From a virus (Duplodnaviria > Caudoviricetes), in IMG/VR virus record IMGVR_UViG_3300024999_000126, positions 1 to 56,190 of that record: a DNA stretch of 56,190 nucleotides. One strand, given 5' to 3'. The stretch's first letter is position 1. The number at the start of each line of letters is the position of its first letter. The notes below the pieces were generated by a model. The model was given only the letters and a program-made list of their open reading frames with translations, was not told the origin of the DNA and made no database searches. Made by a program: the position numbers and the translations under genes. Below are positions 18,785 through 28,061 of the stretch, piece after piece.

Positions 18785-19756
18785 CTAATCTAAACTATCT
18801 TCATGCTCAGCCAATAATGATATTTCATTATATGCTTCCTGCGCTGCAATAAAGCCTTCATATTCTCTCATTATTTCTGTAAATAAATTTGTTGCTTCTG
18901 GATTTGTTCCGTTCATCTCATCTCTTCTACACTGATAAATAAAATCATCTTCGTTCCAATCAAACTTATCACTATCTTCATCTGGGAAATACAGGTTTGT
19001 CGCTCGTCCACTTCTAGACATTGACATATAGAACTTTGATGGTTGATGAATATCTATCATGCCGTTCATCACAGCAAACCTCTCAAGAAGATTTAAATAC
19101 ATTTGGTATGCAATTATGTTGTCAGTCTCGGGTTGAATCTGTTTGTCAATTCTTTGAATAATGAAATGAATACAATCCTTAAGACTCATTCTCATAAAGT
19201 AAAATGTAGACAAGCAACGAGGTAGAATATACCTAGCATCCATAATTGAAATTCTCTTAGAGTCAATCATATCGCAATATAGCTGCTTAGATTGCTCAAC
19301 AAGACTTTCATATCTTTCATTGAACTCATCTGATTTCTGTATTGAATTTGGGACAAGAGCATCTTTATGCGTCCACCATTTATCTCCAGAACAATCAGCT
19401 GCAAAACTAGCATTTCTATATCTGAGAATATGAGTTACTTCTTGAAGAGAAATTCCTGAGATTGAAAATACTAGATTTACCGTTTCAAGTGCAGTGGGGA
19501 GAGCTCTTCCTTTTAAACACTCTATTATTTTTGCATCCTTTTCTTGAATTGTCATAAACCTACTATCAAACATATTGTCAGACCACGTTGCTTCAAGAAA
19601 AGGAACCAAATAATTTCTTAAGTCATTAAGCGTTGGAGATTCAATAAGCTGAACATCTATCGATTCTAAGTTATTTAAGAATCTAGTTGTTGGTCTTTCG
19701 TTAAATCTGATAGTCATTGGTAACTTTACTGGTTCTAAACTGTTGTCTTTTGGCAT
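18785..19756 (-). CDS. Divergent ThyX-like flavoprotein
   Basis: LE.V...F.I.GIS....HILRYR.ASF and DARYILP match the ThyX layout, but the catalytic S.R of the signature is replaced (AADCSGD). Confidence 0.72.
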   Translation of the reverse strand: MPKDNSLEPVKLPMTIRFNERPTTRFLNNLESIDVQLIESPTLNDLRNYLVPFLEATWSDNMFDSRFMTIQEKDAKIIECLKGRALPTALETVNLVFSISGISLQEVTHILRYRNASFAADCSGDKWWTHKDALVPNSIQKSDEFNERYESLVEQSKQLYCDMIDSKRISIMDARYILPRCLSTFYFMRMSLKDCIHFIIQRIDKQIQPETDNIIAYQMYLNLLERFAVMNGMIDIHQPSKFYMSMSRSGRATNLYFPDEDSDKFDWNEDDFIYQCRRDEMNGTNPEATNLFTEIMREYEGFIAAQEAYNEISLLAEHEDSLD

Positions 19757-19769
19757 TTTATTCTCCTTG

Positions 19770-20303
19770 TTATATTATTGCTTTATCTAGAACTTCTTCT
19801 AGCTTTTTCTGAAAGAAAGCTTTGTCCTGTAATGCTTCATTTAGCAAAGGTTCTAGAGACACATTACCAAGCTTCTTTTCATTAGTACAATACTGAATTA
19901 CAGATAGAATGTCTGCAATCTTTACTACCAATCTTGCTAAGAAAATATTATCATCAAATTTTCCAAGAGTGACGTTAAAAATATCTAATTGCTCTGGGAA
20001 ATGCTCTTGAATGAACATATTTTCAAAGGGAACAAGTATGTCATTTAGCTCAGGAATTAACTGCTTTGCATCATGAGTAATGTCATTTGTAATAATTTCG
20101 GGTACATCGTGTATCATTGAATATTGCATTGCAATTAGCTTTATTTCATCTGATAACTGCAACTTATCGCATATCATCATTGTAAATAATGAAGTAAAGT
20201 AAGAATGAGCTGCCACCGTCTCATCTTTTATCTTTGCTCTGTTATTGTACCTAACAAGACTATTTAGCCTATAGAGCAATCCAAGTTCTTCATCGTCTAT
20301 CAT
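19770..20303 (-). CDS. HD-domain deoxynucleotidase/phosphohydrolase (YfbR/DatZ-like)
   Basis: RY....ETVAAHSY, HD.PE..T.D, VKIAD. Confidence 0.85.
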   Translation of the reverse strand: MIDDEELGLLYRLNSLVRYNNRAKIKDETVAAHSYFTSLFTMMICDKLQLSDEIKLIAMQYSMIHDVPEIITNDITHDAKQLIPELNDILVPFENMFIQEHFPEQLDIFNVTLGKFDDNIFLARLVVKIADILSVIQYCTNEKKLGNVSLEPLLNEALQDKAFFQKKLEEVLDKAII

Positions 20304-20743
20304 TCTATGTCTCCACTAAAGTCATCAAATACGTATAACTTAAACACACTTTCTTTTGTGACGTTTTTAATAACTTCTTCCCTAGACTTAAAAACTCTTC
20401 TTCCAGATGCAGCAAGCATTAAATTAAAAGGATTATCTCCTAATGTCTCTGCAAAATACACAATTGGAATACTGCTACTAAAAGCAACCCCGGCTTCAAA
20501 AATTGTTCCAACATCTTTTCCATCAGTTATTGCAAAAACCATCTTTGAGTTAAAAATAGCATCAGTATTTTCCTTGAATACTCTCTGCCTATCTTCCGCC
20601 GTAGACTTAGCAGGCAAAAAACAATTCTCTTTTGGACTAAAAACCGTGAATCCTGCATCTCTTAGTATCTTTTTTATTGCTTCTTCTCGTTCGACCTGTT
20701 CTTCATTAAAGAATGGAGATGCTAAGTAAAAATCGTTTTTCAT
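20300..20743 (-). CDS. Nucleoside 2-deoxyribosyltransferase / nucleotide N-hydrolase family
   Basis: YLASPFF, VFSP, F..N..AI, D.GTIFE.G.A, FNLML. Confidence 0.9.
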   Translation of the reverse strand: MKNDFYLASPFFNEEQVEREEAIKKILRDAGFTVFSPKENCFLPAKSTAEDRQRVFKENTDAIFNSKMVFAITDGKDVGTIFEAGVAFSSSIPIVYFAETLGDNPFNLMLAASGRRVFKSREEVIKNVTKESVFKLYVFDDFSGDIE

Positions 20744-20744
20744 G

Positions 20745-21461
20745 TTACTTCATCCTCTCAACTTTTTTAGTGATAATTTTAACATCTAAATCAACATCTT
20801 TTTCAAACCTAACGCTGTAAGAAGGATGCCTTATCGATACACTGTCTATCAGCTTAGAATAATTCATTTCCTCAAACATTTCAGTAACATGATTTCCCAA
20901 TAAAATTGCAATCTCTGGCTTTAGTAGCTTTATTTGAGCCGTAAGAAACTTACTACATTGGCTGCATTCTTTCCTAGTACTCAACCTGTTTATTTTAGAC
21001 GTTGTACAACAGATTAGATTTGTAAACCAGCAATCGTTGTAGATTCCTGCCTTGTGCAATACTTTTTTAAGATACTTAGAGCTTTTACCATCACTCCACA
21101 TTCTTGCATAGTTTTCATGATACTTTGATGAAGCACTGCTGGGTGCATCTCCGATGACAATAAACCTTGGATGCATATTACCATAAGGAACTACCTTCCG
21201 ATGTAGTACGCTTTCACACAGCTTACATCCGTTCATATCCCATATAAGCTCTAGTCTAGTTCTTGGCTTCGAGTTAATAACCCAGGGAATTGTAGTTAAC
21301 TGTAGATATTTTCTGTAGATTTTCGTAAGCTTATCTATTTTAGTTACTACAAATTCTTCAACCAAGTCATCTTCTATATCATTTAACACTTCTTTATCTT
21401 CATAGCTTTTTATGCTATTCGATAAGACTAACAGAGCTTCTATGTTGCTGTTGTTTCTCAT
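20745..21461 (-). CDS. Uracil-DNA glycosylase family 4-like protein
   Basis: CKLC, VIGDAP, TNLICC, C..FL..QI....P.....LG, RHPSY. Confidence 0.8.
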   Translation of the reverse strand: MRNNSNIEALLVLSNSIKSYEDKEVLNDIEDDLVEEFVVTKIDKLTKIYRKYLQLTTIPWVINSKPRTRLELIWDMNGCKLCESVLHRKVVPYGNMHPRFIVIGDAPSSASSKYHENYARMWSDGKSSKYLKKVLHKAGIYNDCWFTNLICCTTSKINRLSTRKECSQCSKFLTAQIKLLKPEIAILLGNHVTEMFEEMNYSKLIDSVSIRHPSYSVRFEKDVDLDVKIITKKVERMK

Positions 21462-21939
21462 CCTGAATCCACCCTAACACTTCTGATACTGGATTTTTTA
21501 AGTTATATCTCATTTTATCGAGCATGCTTTGATTGTAAACTGTTTCAAAAAGCTCTTGATGCATCTTTAAATCTCGACCAGCTCTTTCATTGACACTTTC
21601 TAAATCATCTTCCATATAAAGAAGCTTTGCTCCCATTTTAAAGAGCTGGTCATCAATGTCAAATACCCAACTAGAGTAGTACCCTCTTTCAATCATTCCA
21701 TAGACAAACTCTGATAAATGAAATCTGTCAAAAATAACATTGAATGAATCTGGGCATTTCATTAAAATGTTAGTATAAGCTAACAAAACTGCTTTAGAAT
21801 GAATGCCAAAAGCATGTTTGTCGTGAGAATATTCTTTGTTAGTATCGTCGTTAATGCTGTGATAACCAAGAGAAGATTCTAAGAAGTTAATAAGCGTACT
21901 TTTACCAGTATTGTTAACTCCTTCTACTATTAGAATCAT
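21415..21939 (-). CDS. Deoxynucleoside monophosphate (thymidylate-type) kinase
   Basis: IVEGVNNTGKST P-loop; FDRFHLSE.VYG..R. Confidence 0.85.
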   Translation of the reverse strand: MILIVEGVNNTGKSTLINFLESSLGYHSINDDTNKEYSHDKHAFGIHSKAVLLAYTNILMKCPDSFNVIFDRFHLSEFVYGMIERGYYSSWVFDIDDQLFKMGAKLLYMEDDLESVNERAGRDLKMHQELFETVYNQSMLDKMRYNLKNPVSEVLGWIQDEKQQQHRSSVSLIE

Positions 21940-21941
21940 CG

Positions 21942-22304
21942 TTATTTATCCTCTTCCTGTCTTCTATGATTTTCTTTATCTTTTTCTACAGATACTCTAT
22001 AAATGTCATCAGCATCAAATCCACAAAATAAAGTGATGTTGGTTAGAAACTTAAATGCATCAACTATCTCTTCTAACAAATACTCATCACTTTCGTCGGT
22101 TTGCTCTCTCCATGTTTTCCACTTCTTGTTAACATTAAGTACTTCACCGATTTCAGCTATCAAACCAGTAACGTGGAGAGGGATTAACTCTGGATGTTTC
22201 TCGGGTAATTCAACATTATGTATTAAAAGTTGAAGCTCTTTTTGTAACTCAAATAATGTTGCTAACCTGTCTTTATTCATCGTCGTCGTCTTCATCCTCT
22301 TCAT
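21942..22304 (-). CDS. All-alpha dUTPase/MazG-like NTP pyrophosphatase
   Basis: Q..LQ, EIGE, WK.W, EE.VD..F, K...N..RQ. Confidence 0.82.
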   Translation of the reverse strand: MKRMKTTTMNKDRLATLFELQKELQLLIHNVELPEKHPELIPLHVTGLIAEIGEVLNVNKKWKTWREQTDESDEYLLEEIVDAFKFLTNITLFCGFDADDIYRVSVEKDKENHRRQEEDK

Positions 22305-23073
22305 ATTTTTCTACCAATGCCGTCTTAAGAGCTTTTCTCAGCTTCTTAGGCTTTTCACGGTCATCATCGTCAATATACTCGTCGAGGTCGATGTCTTCTT
22401 CATCGGCAAGCTCTTCCATTTCATCGACATCTAACTCGTCTAAGCTATCCATAAGCTCTTCAAGCTTTGAAACTTTTGGAGCCTTCTTAGACTTCTTAGA
22501 CTTTTTAGGCTTCTCTTCTTCGTCTTCAAAGTCATCATCTTCTTCGTCAACCTCAAAGATTACTTTAAGAAGCGCGAATACTTGTTTCTCAGTAAACGGC
22601 TTAATCTTGCTTGCACCCTTAAATTTTGACTTGTCCATTGACACTATAGAATACTGCGTTTCAAGCTTTTCACCAACCCTAGAAACTACAATATCTCTAT
22701 CCATAATCGTACCAATAGTTTCGTATAAGTTAATCAAGTGTGGAACAGGAGAGTTTTGAGCCGCTTTGAACATAAACATCTGGACTTTCTTATCATCATA
22801 ACAATATACAGACCAGATAAATTGCTCTTTTGTCCGCACATCATCTCTTTCGCAATATGGGCATTCCATCCCAAAATGTGTTAAACAAGGAGTGTTTACT
22901 TCTCCCCATTTATCGTGCATTGTAACCACTGTTGCTTCTTCAAGGTCAGTCAAAAACCGAACTCTTTTCTTAGAATCGGCTTTTAAATAAAACTGGCCTT
23001 CTTTGCTTTGTCCACTTTTCTTGATGCGATTCTTCAGTAAATCTAACATTGAACCGCCTTGTTCTTTAGCCAT
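22273..23073 (-). CDS. Single-stranded DNA-binding protein (phage gp32-like)
   Basis: VRFL, zinc-type C...CPYC, position in the replication cluster, long acidic/basic tail. Confidence 0.7.
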   Translation of the reverse strand: MAKEQGGSMLDLLKNRIKKSGQSKEGQFYLKADSKKRVRFLTDLEEATVVTMHDKWGEVNTPCLTHFGMECPYCERDDVRTKEQFIWSVYCYDDKKVQMFMFKAAQNSPVPHLINLYETIGTIMDRDIVVSRVGEKLETQYSIVSMDKSKFKGASKIKPFTEKQVFALLKVIFEVDEEDDDFEDEEEKPKKSKKSKKAPKVSKLEELMDSLDELDVDEMEELADEEDIDLDEYIDDDDREKPKKLRKALKTALVEKYEEDEDDDDE

Positions 23074-23108
23074 TTGCTACCTCCATAGATGTAAATGATT
23101 GTTTAATA

Positions 23109-23141
23109 AGTATATATTCGAAAGATTCAAAATTATTCAAA
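23109..23141 (-). promoter_or_regulatory. Class-II repeated promoter-like motif
   Basis: TTTGAATAATTTTGAATCTTTCGAATATATACT upstream of SSB. Confidence 0.6.
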
Positions 23142-23511
23142 TTTTATTTATATTTTCTCTAACATCACCCCACATTAGAAATAGCAAACAGCATATAGCA
23201 TGCGCTAAATGATTCAATCCTGTTTCTTTATCAAGCTTTTCACCGCAAATCCAAGCTTTAAAATGTCTCATACCAGCAGCAATATATCTTTTTCTTGCAT
23301 TTGGTACTGTTTTCCAATTATCATCAGTATACTTACCTGACTGGACAACACTCGTTAATACTTTTACTACCTCTTCTACTTGTTCAAAAGGAAGTAAATC
23401 CCATCGAGGTTTTCCACTGTCATACTTAACTCCTGCTGGCTCTAGTGGTTCGAGTGAACCTAGGTCATGCTCATTAGAAAAACGTTCATCAGAGAATAAC
23501 TTTACTGTCAT
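23137..23511 (-). CDS. dATP/dGTP diphosphohydrolase-domain protein (DUF5664-like)
   Basis: GVKYDSGKPRWDLLP, NWK, RY..A..RH..AW..GE..D.ETGL.HLAHA. Confidence 0.8.
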   Translation of the reverse strand: MTVKLFSDERFSNEHDLGSLEPLEPAGVKYDSGKPRWDLLPFEQVEEVVKVLTSVVQSGKYTDDNWKTVPNARKRYIAAGMRHFKAWICGEKLDKETGLNHLAHAICCLLFLMWGDVRENINKI

Positions 23512-24473
23512 ACTAACCTCTTTTCAAGTATTTTTTTTAACTTTAACTGTGTTTCAAACCATGCCCTTTTCCACTGATATTCTGATAAATCTCCTATGTC
23601 TTTAGCCAGCGGTGGAAATTTAAATCTAATAACTTTCTTAAAGTGTTTACGTAAAATTCTAGTTCCTTCTCTCCCTGTTGGAGTATTGTCCAAAGCAGAA
23701 ATTACAACATCAGTATATTCTTTCAATTTTTCAATTTGGTAAGGGGTTATCTTCCAACCAAGAATAGCTACTGAATTTTTAGCTCCATATTGCCATGCTT
23801 TCATTAAATCCAAAGAACCCTCTGTAATCAACACTGGAGCTTCTACTACTGTACCCATGTACGTTAATTTCCTCTTAAATCCCTCTGAATATAAGTACTT
23901 ACGTTCATCATCATTGCCATCTATCCTTCGACATATACTACCTTTAAATTCCTGTTGCTCGTATATTGGGATTAAAACTGGGTATATATCGTTAGGATTC
24001 AGTTTAACGCCAAAGTTTACTAATGTTTCTTTTGAATAACCTCGTTTCTTTAAGTATTTTAAAGCTAGCTTATTTTCTTTAGTGTAAAATCTCCACTTAA
24101 TCTGAGGTAATGAATCGTAGTACAACTGAGAATGAAATAACAATTCTTCGCTTGTCAATTTTTCTTTATCAAATCTTTCTTTCATCATCCCTTCTAGTTC
24201 ATTATCATTAAAATCCCCCGTTTTCATCCTCTTTATTAGTTGCATTGCTTTTAATTCGTTAACACCTTCTATTTGTGCTACCATCTTAATAGCATTACCG
24301 CTAATTCCACATCCAAAACAAAAATAAGTTCCTTTTTCTATATTGATAGATAAGCTAGGATTATGTTCACCATGGAAAGGACAAGGGATTTTTATATCAT
24401 AATCTATAGATACATTAGATTCAAGAAGTTTATAATGTTCTAATACCAACAATAAGTCTATATTGTAATCCAT
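23508..24473 (-). CDS. DNA primase (CHC2 zinc finger plus TOPRIM)
   Basis: CPFH.E..PS, CFGC, YL..RG, RKY, TEG.LD, ALDN...G. Confidence 0.9.
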   Translation of the reverse strand: MDYNIDLLLVLEHYKLLESNVSIDYDIKIPCPFHGEHNPSLSINIEKGTYFCFGCGISGNAIKMVAQIEGVNELKAMQLIKRMKTGDFNDNELEGMMKERFDKEKLTSEELLFHSQLYYDSLPQIKWRFYTKENKLALKYLKKRGYSKETLVNFGVKLNPNDIYPVLIPIYEQQEFKGSICRRIDGNDDERKYLYSEGFKRKLTYMGTVVEAPVLITEGSLDLMKAWQYGAKNSVAILGWKITPYQIEKLKEYTDVVISALDNTPTGREGTRILRKHFKKVIRFKFPPLAKDIGDLSEYQWKRAWFETQLKLKKILEKRLV

Positions 24474-24526
24474 TATATATTTTCTTCTCTCTCTTATTCC
24501 CTCTCTTAATCCCTAATTTATACTAA

Positions 24527-24556
24527 ATATATTCGGAAGATTTGAGATTATTCAAA
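24527..24556 (-). promoter_or_regulatory. Class-II repeated promoter-like motif
   Basis: TTTGAATAATCTCAAATCTTCCGAATATAT upstream of primase. Confidence 0.6.
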
Positions 24557-24604
24557 ATACTTTTAATAAATTTTTAAATATTTTGACATTAAAAATGGGA
24601 CCCC

Positions 24605-24685
24605 CAGCTACCTCTCAGATGAACCTTTAGCTAAGTCTAATATATTTCCATATCGACCTATCTAACGTTTATCTGAGGGTCACTG
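24605..24685. repeat. 81-bp symmetric intergenic element (CAG...CTG)
   Basis: Inverted arms CTCTCAGATGAAC/GTTTATCTGAGGG, central AATATATT. Confidence 0.55.
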
Positions 24686-24919
24686 AGAACCCCAAGATTA
24701 AAGCAGCCCTTTTTACTTAAATATTCGCCGTTTGCGTTGTTTGCAGTAAAAGTCTTTCTCTTTTTCAGTAAGAGTATTGTCTACCATATGTTGCTCGTCA
24801 TTACAATCATCACAATCATTACAAGTGCACCGATATTGTTTTGCAAGTATTTTTAAAAATCGCTTAGCGTTGTCTTGCATTTTGTTCCCCCTTTATAGTA
24901 GGTGTTACCTTGAAGTTCT

Positions 24920-24952
24920 ACTATAAAAAGCTTCTCTTGCATCGTACATACT
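24920..24952 (-). promoter_or_regulatory. Class-I repeated promoter AGTATGTAC-N18-TATAGT
   Basis: Same motif and spacing. Confidence 0.72.
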
Positions 24953-25099
24953 TTTTTATAATTGTTTTTTTTAACTTAGTTCTTTCCCCATGTACAACAC
25001 TAAAGCTATTATTGCTATGATTATTGCAAAGTATGCGAAGTCTGGTAGCTCTGCTGCCCAATCCCCTAGTTCGATAAAAGCTAAAAACATTGTCATCTC

Positions 25100-25372
25100 C
25101 TATTTAAAAATATCTACCATGTTGTTCATTACATAAAGTAAGTGAATTAACGACTTACCAAAAACTGGAGTTCCTTGAGCTTTAAATACTTCTCTAAGAT
25201 GTATCGCTGCATCTTTAAAAGAATCTAAAATTACTTCACAACCATCGACTTTAACAAAAACAACTTTAGATTCTGAAAACGTACAAACGAGTACTTCAAT
25301 TTCAGCTTCTTCGTCTTTTACTAGTATTTCGAGTTTATTATTGGTCGTTTTCAAGTTAACCACTGCTAACAC
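25100..25372 (-). CDS. Hypothetical early protein
   Basis: GGAGG RBS; on the coding strand. Confidence 0.5.
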   Translation of the reverse strand: MLAVVNLKTTNNKLEILVKDEEAEIEVLVCTFSESKVVFVKVDGCEVILDSFKDAAIHLREVFKAQGTPVFGKSLIHLLYVMNNMVDIFK

Positions 25373-25568
25373 CTCCTATCGAGTTAATTTTATTAGCAAA
25401 AAATTCATAATCAGTCTGATTTGACCATTCGATTTCCCACCTACAATTGCTCTCTGGCATCGTTTGAACTCTAGTAATCTTACCATTACAAAACTTAACG
25501 AGCCGAGCTAAAGCTTCACGATAGCTCTTACTTGCATCTTTTGAAAAGATTATTTCTGACCTAATCAA
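25356..25568 (-). CDS. Hypothetical early protein
   Basis: AAGGAGG RBS. Confidence 0.5.
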   Translation of the reverse strand: MIRSEIIFSKDASKSYREALARLVKFCNGKITRVQTMPESNCRWEIEWSNQTDYEFFANKINSIGGVSSG

Positions 25569-25839
25569 TTTAACAACCTCCTTAATATTTTGTTCCTGCC
25601 TTTATAGAACTTTTTTTTATTATATAACTCGTTTTTATCGGTCTTTAAATAGAATACCTTTTTCTTCAACATGACCTTCGTAATACTCTTTAGCCATTTT
25701 CTCTGCATCAGCTTTGTCCGCATGTATAGATACTAATTCGGGTCGCTGACATTCACATTGTACCTCGCATTCGCAAGGGTCTTGGCAAAATACAACATAC
25801 ACTTTTTTTCATTACTGTTCCCCTTTTTAATATTCTACT

Positions 25840-26289
25840 TTAATATTTTGAACTAGTTTCATTCAACAGACGATTTGTGATATACGTTATAAATGCAACG
25901 CGTTGTGACCGCGGGGTGCTTCTAGTTAAGTTGATTATTTGCTGTATTATAATTTCTAGCTTGTCATTCTTTTTAGCAGCACGTTCTTGTGTTATAAGAG
26001 AAAGTGTTGCCAGAGATGCACGATTATTAGCTGATAGTTTATTAACTAAGTCTTTATCGTCAGAAGCTATTCCAGTGAATCGTGGAGTGCCAAGTAGAAA
26101 AACTTTTTCGCCTTCTTGCCTCTCAACTTTTGCTTCATAAATATAACCTACAGAGTAAGAGCTACTTGCTTTAAATAAAAGTTCATTGCCGTTTTTATCA
26201 ATCCACAAATGTATGCGCTTGTTAGTTTTTGAAACTCGAGTACCTCCAAAAATCCAACTTTCAATAGTTACATTATCTTTCTTGTCCAT
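25840..26289 (-). CDS. Hypothetical early protein (start MDKKDNV)
   Basis: GGGGGAG RBS before the internal ATG of ORF 25840-26388. Confidence 0.6.
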   Translation of the reverse strand: MDKKDNVTIESWIFGGTRVSKTNKRIHLWIDKNGNELLFKASSSYSVGYIYEAKVERQEGEKVFLLGTPRFTGIASDDKDLVNKLSANNRASLATLSLITQERAAKKNDKLEIIIQQIINLTRSTPRSQRVAFITYITNRLLNETSSKY

Positions 26290-26308
26290 TATGGCTCCCC
26301 CTAGCTTA

Positions 26309-26530
26309 TTATATAAATTTCTCATTCTCGCCAAGAATATGATATTGACTAAGAAACTCTGCATCATTCTCAAAAACTCTTGAAACACATCTTGTTCCTC
26401 TGTGTAAATTCATTGTCACTCTAAGAAAATATGTTTTTCCACTAAGTATGTCTCTTTTAATGTCTGTTATGATACCTTTGTGAGCAGTCTTAAGCTCTTT
26501 AACGTGTGTGCCAACAACAAACTTTTTCAT
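26309..26530 (-). CDS. Hypothetical early protein
   Basis: Variant class-I promoter at 26572-26604 and GGGGGAAC RBS. Confidence 0.6.
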   Translation of the reverse strand: MKKFVVGTHVKELKTAHKGIITDIKRDILSGKTYFLRVTMNLHRGTRCVSRVFENDAEFLSQYHILGENEKFI

Positions 26531-26638
26531 TTTTTAGTTCCCCCTAAAGCTGACATTTATATTGTGATTCCAATATACTACGGCTAAGCAGACACGTACA
26601 CTACTTTTTTTATTTTTTTATAAATATTCAGTGTTCAT

Positions 26639-26718
26639 CAGATGAAGCCTAAGCAACCTACAGAATATTGACATATGTTTTATCATCTATAGTTTTTACA
26701 TTAAGCATGCTTTAACTG
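26639..26718. repeat. 80-bp symmetric intergenic element
   Basis: CAGATGAAGC/GCTTTAACTG arms, central ACATATGT. Confidence 0.45.
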
Positions 26719-26780
26719 AATATAAAAGAGAAGGACCGAAGCCCTTCCCATAATAAGATAATAAGGGGGTATTATCTTAG

Positions 26781-26981
26781 TTATCTCTTGCCCATTATGT
26801 TTTTCATCGATTTAAGAAGCTCTATCAATTCATCAGCTTGTTCCATAGCATCTGGCATTCTTGATATTTTACCTTCCATTACTTTTGTGAAGTTTTTGAC
26901 AAACTCTTTAGATGTTTCATTAAAAGTAAATGCCGCATTTTTTACTTTAGCTTCTTTAATTGCCTCTTTAGCTGATTTCAT
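26781..26981 (-). CDS. Hypothetical early protein
   Basis: GAGGA RBS. Confidence 0.5.
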   Translation of the reverse strand: MKSAKEAIKEAKVKNAAFTFNETSKEFVKNFTKVMEGKISRMPDAMEQADELIELLKSMKNIMGKR

Positions 26982-27053
26982 TTTAGTCCTCTCATGATAG
27001 TTAGTTTACTATTCAATTGAGCTCTCTGAGATGAGAGCTCTCAGAATGTTAAA

Positions 27054-27398
27054 CTACTTTTTCTTTTTAGCCATAATTTCTTCACATTCTTCTTTGCGTT
27101 GAATTAAGCGTTCTTCTCTTTCTTGAACTTTTTTAAGCTCTTCTTGATATTTATCTAAAAGCCATTGCTTTGTGTTTACTATGCCTTGCATCTCTTTGTC
27201 AAAATTCTTTAGAGTTTCGTTAGCAAAATATCTTTCATCTGCGTATATACTGTAACCACCGCTATCTGATTTAACCCAAACTGCCTTACATCCATCTTTC
27301 TTAATTTCAGCCATTCTTGCTTCAATAGCTTCATCTTTCCATCTGCTGTAAATTCCTGTAAATTGATAATCTCTGTTTCTTGCTTCTCTCTCGTTCAT
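27054..27398 (-). CDS. Hypothetical early protein, coiled-coil C-terminus
   Basis: Class-I promoter and GGGGGAACC RBS upstream. Confidence 0.6.
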   Translation of the reverse strand: MNEREARNRDYQFTGIYSRWKDEAIEARMAEIKKDGCKAVWVKSDSGGYSIYADERYFANETLKNFDKEMQGIVNTKQWLLDKYQEELKKVQEREERLIQRKEECEEIMAKKKK

Positions 27399-27440
27399 TC
27401 CCGGTTCCCCCTTAAATCCTAGCGTTTACCTTATAGTCTT

Positions 27441-27473
27441 AGTATAAACCACTGTGCGCTATTCGTACATACT
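27441..27473 (-). promoter_or_regulatory. Class-I repeated promoter AGTATGTAC-N18-TATACT
   Basis: Same motif and spacing. Confidence 0.75.
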
Positions 27474-27536
27474 TTCTTAAAAAAATAATAAAATAAGAGA
27501 GAGGCTATGGTGGGCCCCTCTCCAAGTTTATCGACC

Positions 27537-27827
27537 TTATGCTGTTTTTAATTTAACTTTGTCCTCTCTTTTAATCCATTCATCTCTCAGAGCATCTAAT
27601 CCTAATGGCATATTTTTGAACTTTTTACGAGACATCTTGAAAAAGCCTTCTAAGTATATAACCATGTCTCTAGGATTTAAGAACGTATGCTCCATTTCAT
27701 GGCCTGAATAACCTCCCTTCACTTTAGTTTCTCCGTCGCTTTCAACAACGATATCAAATTGTGCATGCATATCTTTGCCAAAAGCCATTAACGTGTAATG
27801 TATCTTTTTCTCTAACAAACTAAACAC
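27537..27827 (-). CDS. Hypothetical early protein
   Basis: Coding-strand ORF followed by a hairpin at about 27497-27522. Confidence 0.5.
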   Translation of the reverse strand: MFSLLEKKIHYTLMAFGKDMHAQFDIVVESDGETKVKGGYSGHEMEHTFLNPRDMVIYLEGFFKMSRKKFKNMPLGLDALRDEWIKREDKVKLKTA

Positions 27828-28061
27828 CTCCTTTACTAATCCCTGGCTCTGTACTTTCGACCTTTACCTCCTAGCTTATCGAGAAATGCCATAGCTATGA
27901 ATCCGTAAGCTAAGATTGTCTGTAAATCTAATCCGTCGATGCCTTCCATTTGAATCCTCCTTTCCGATAATTTGTTTCATATTAGTATTATCGGCTTCAG
28001 ATGTCAAAAGGTTTAATGTTTTTTTAATTTATTTTAATTAAGATGTAAGAAATGTTGTAAG

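Noticed and set aside
19770-23511. Z-genome (2-aminoadenine) or 7-deazaguanine pathway suggested by the HD hydrolase, MazG-like and DUF5664 genes
   Set aside because: No PurZ/PurA-like gene and no FolE/QueD/QueE/QueC/DpdA genes are visible.
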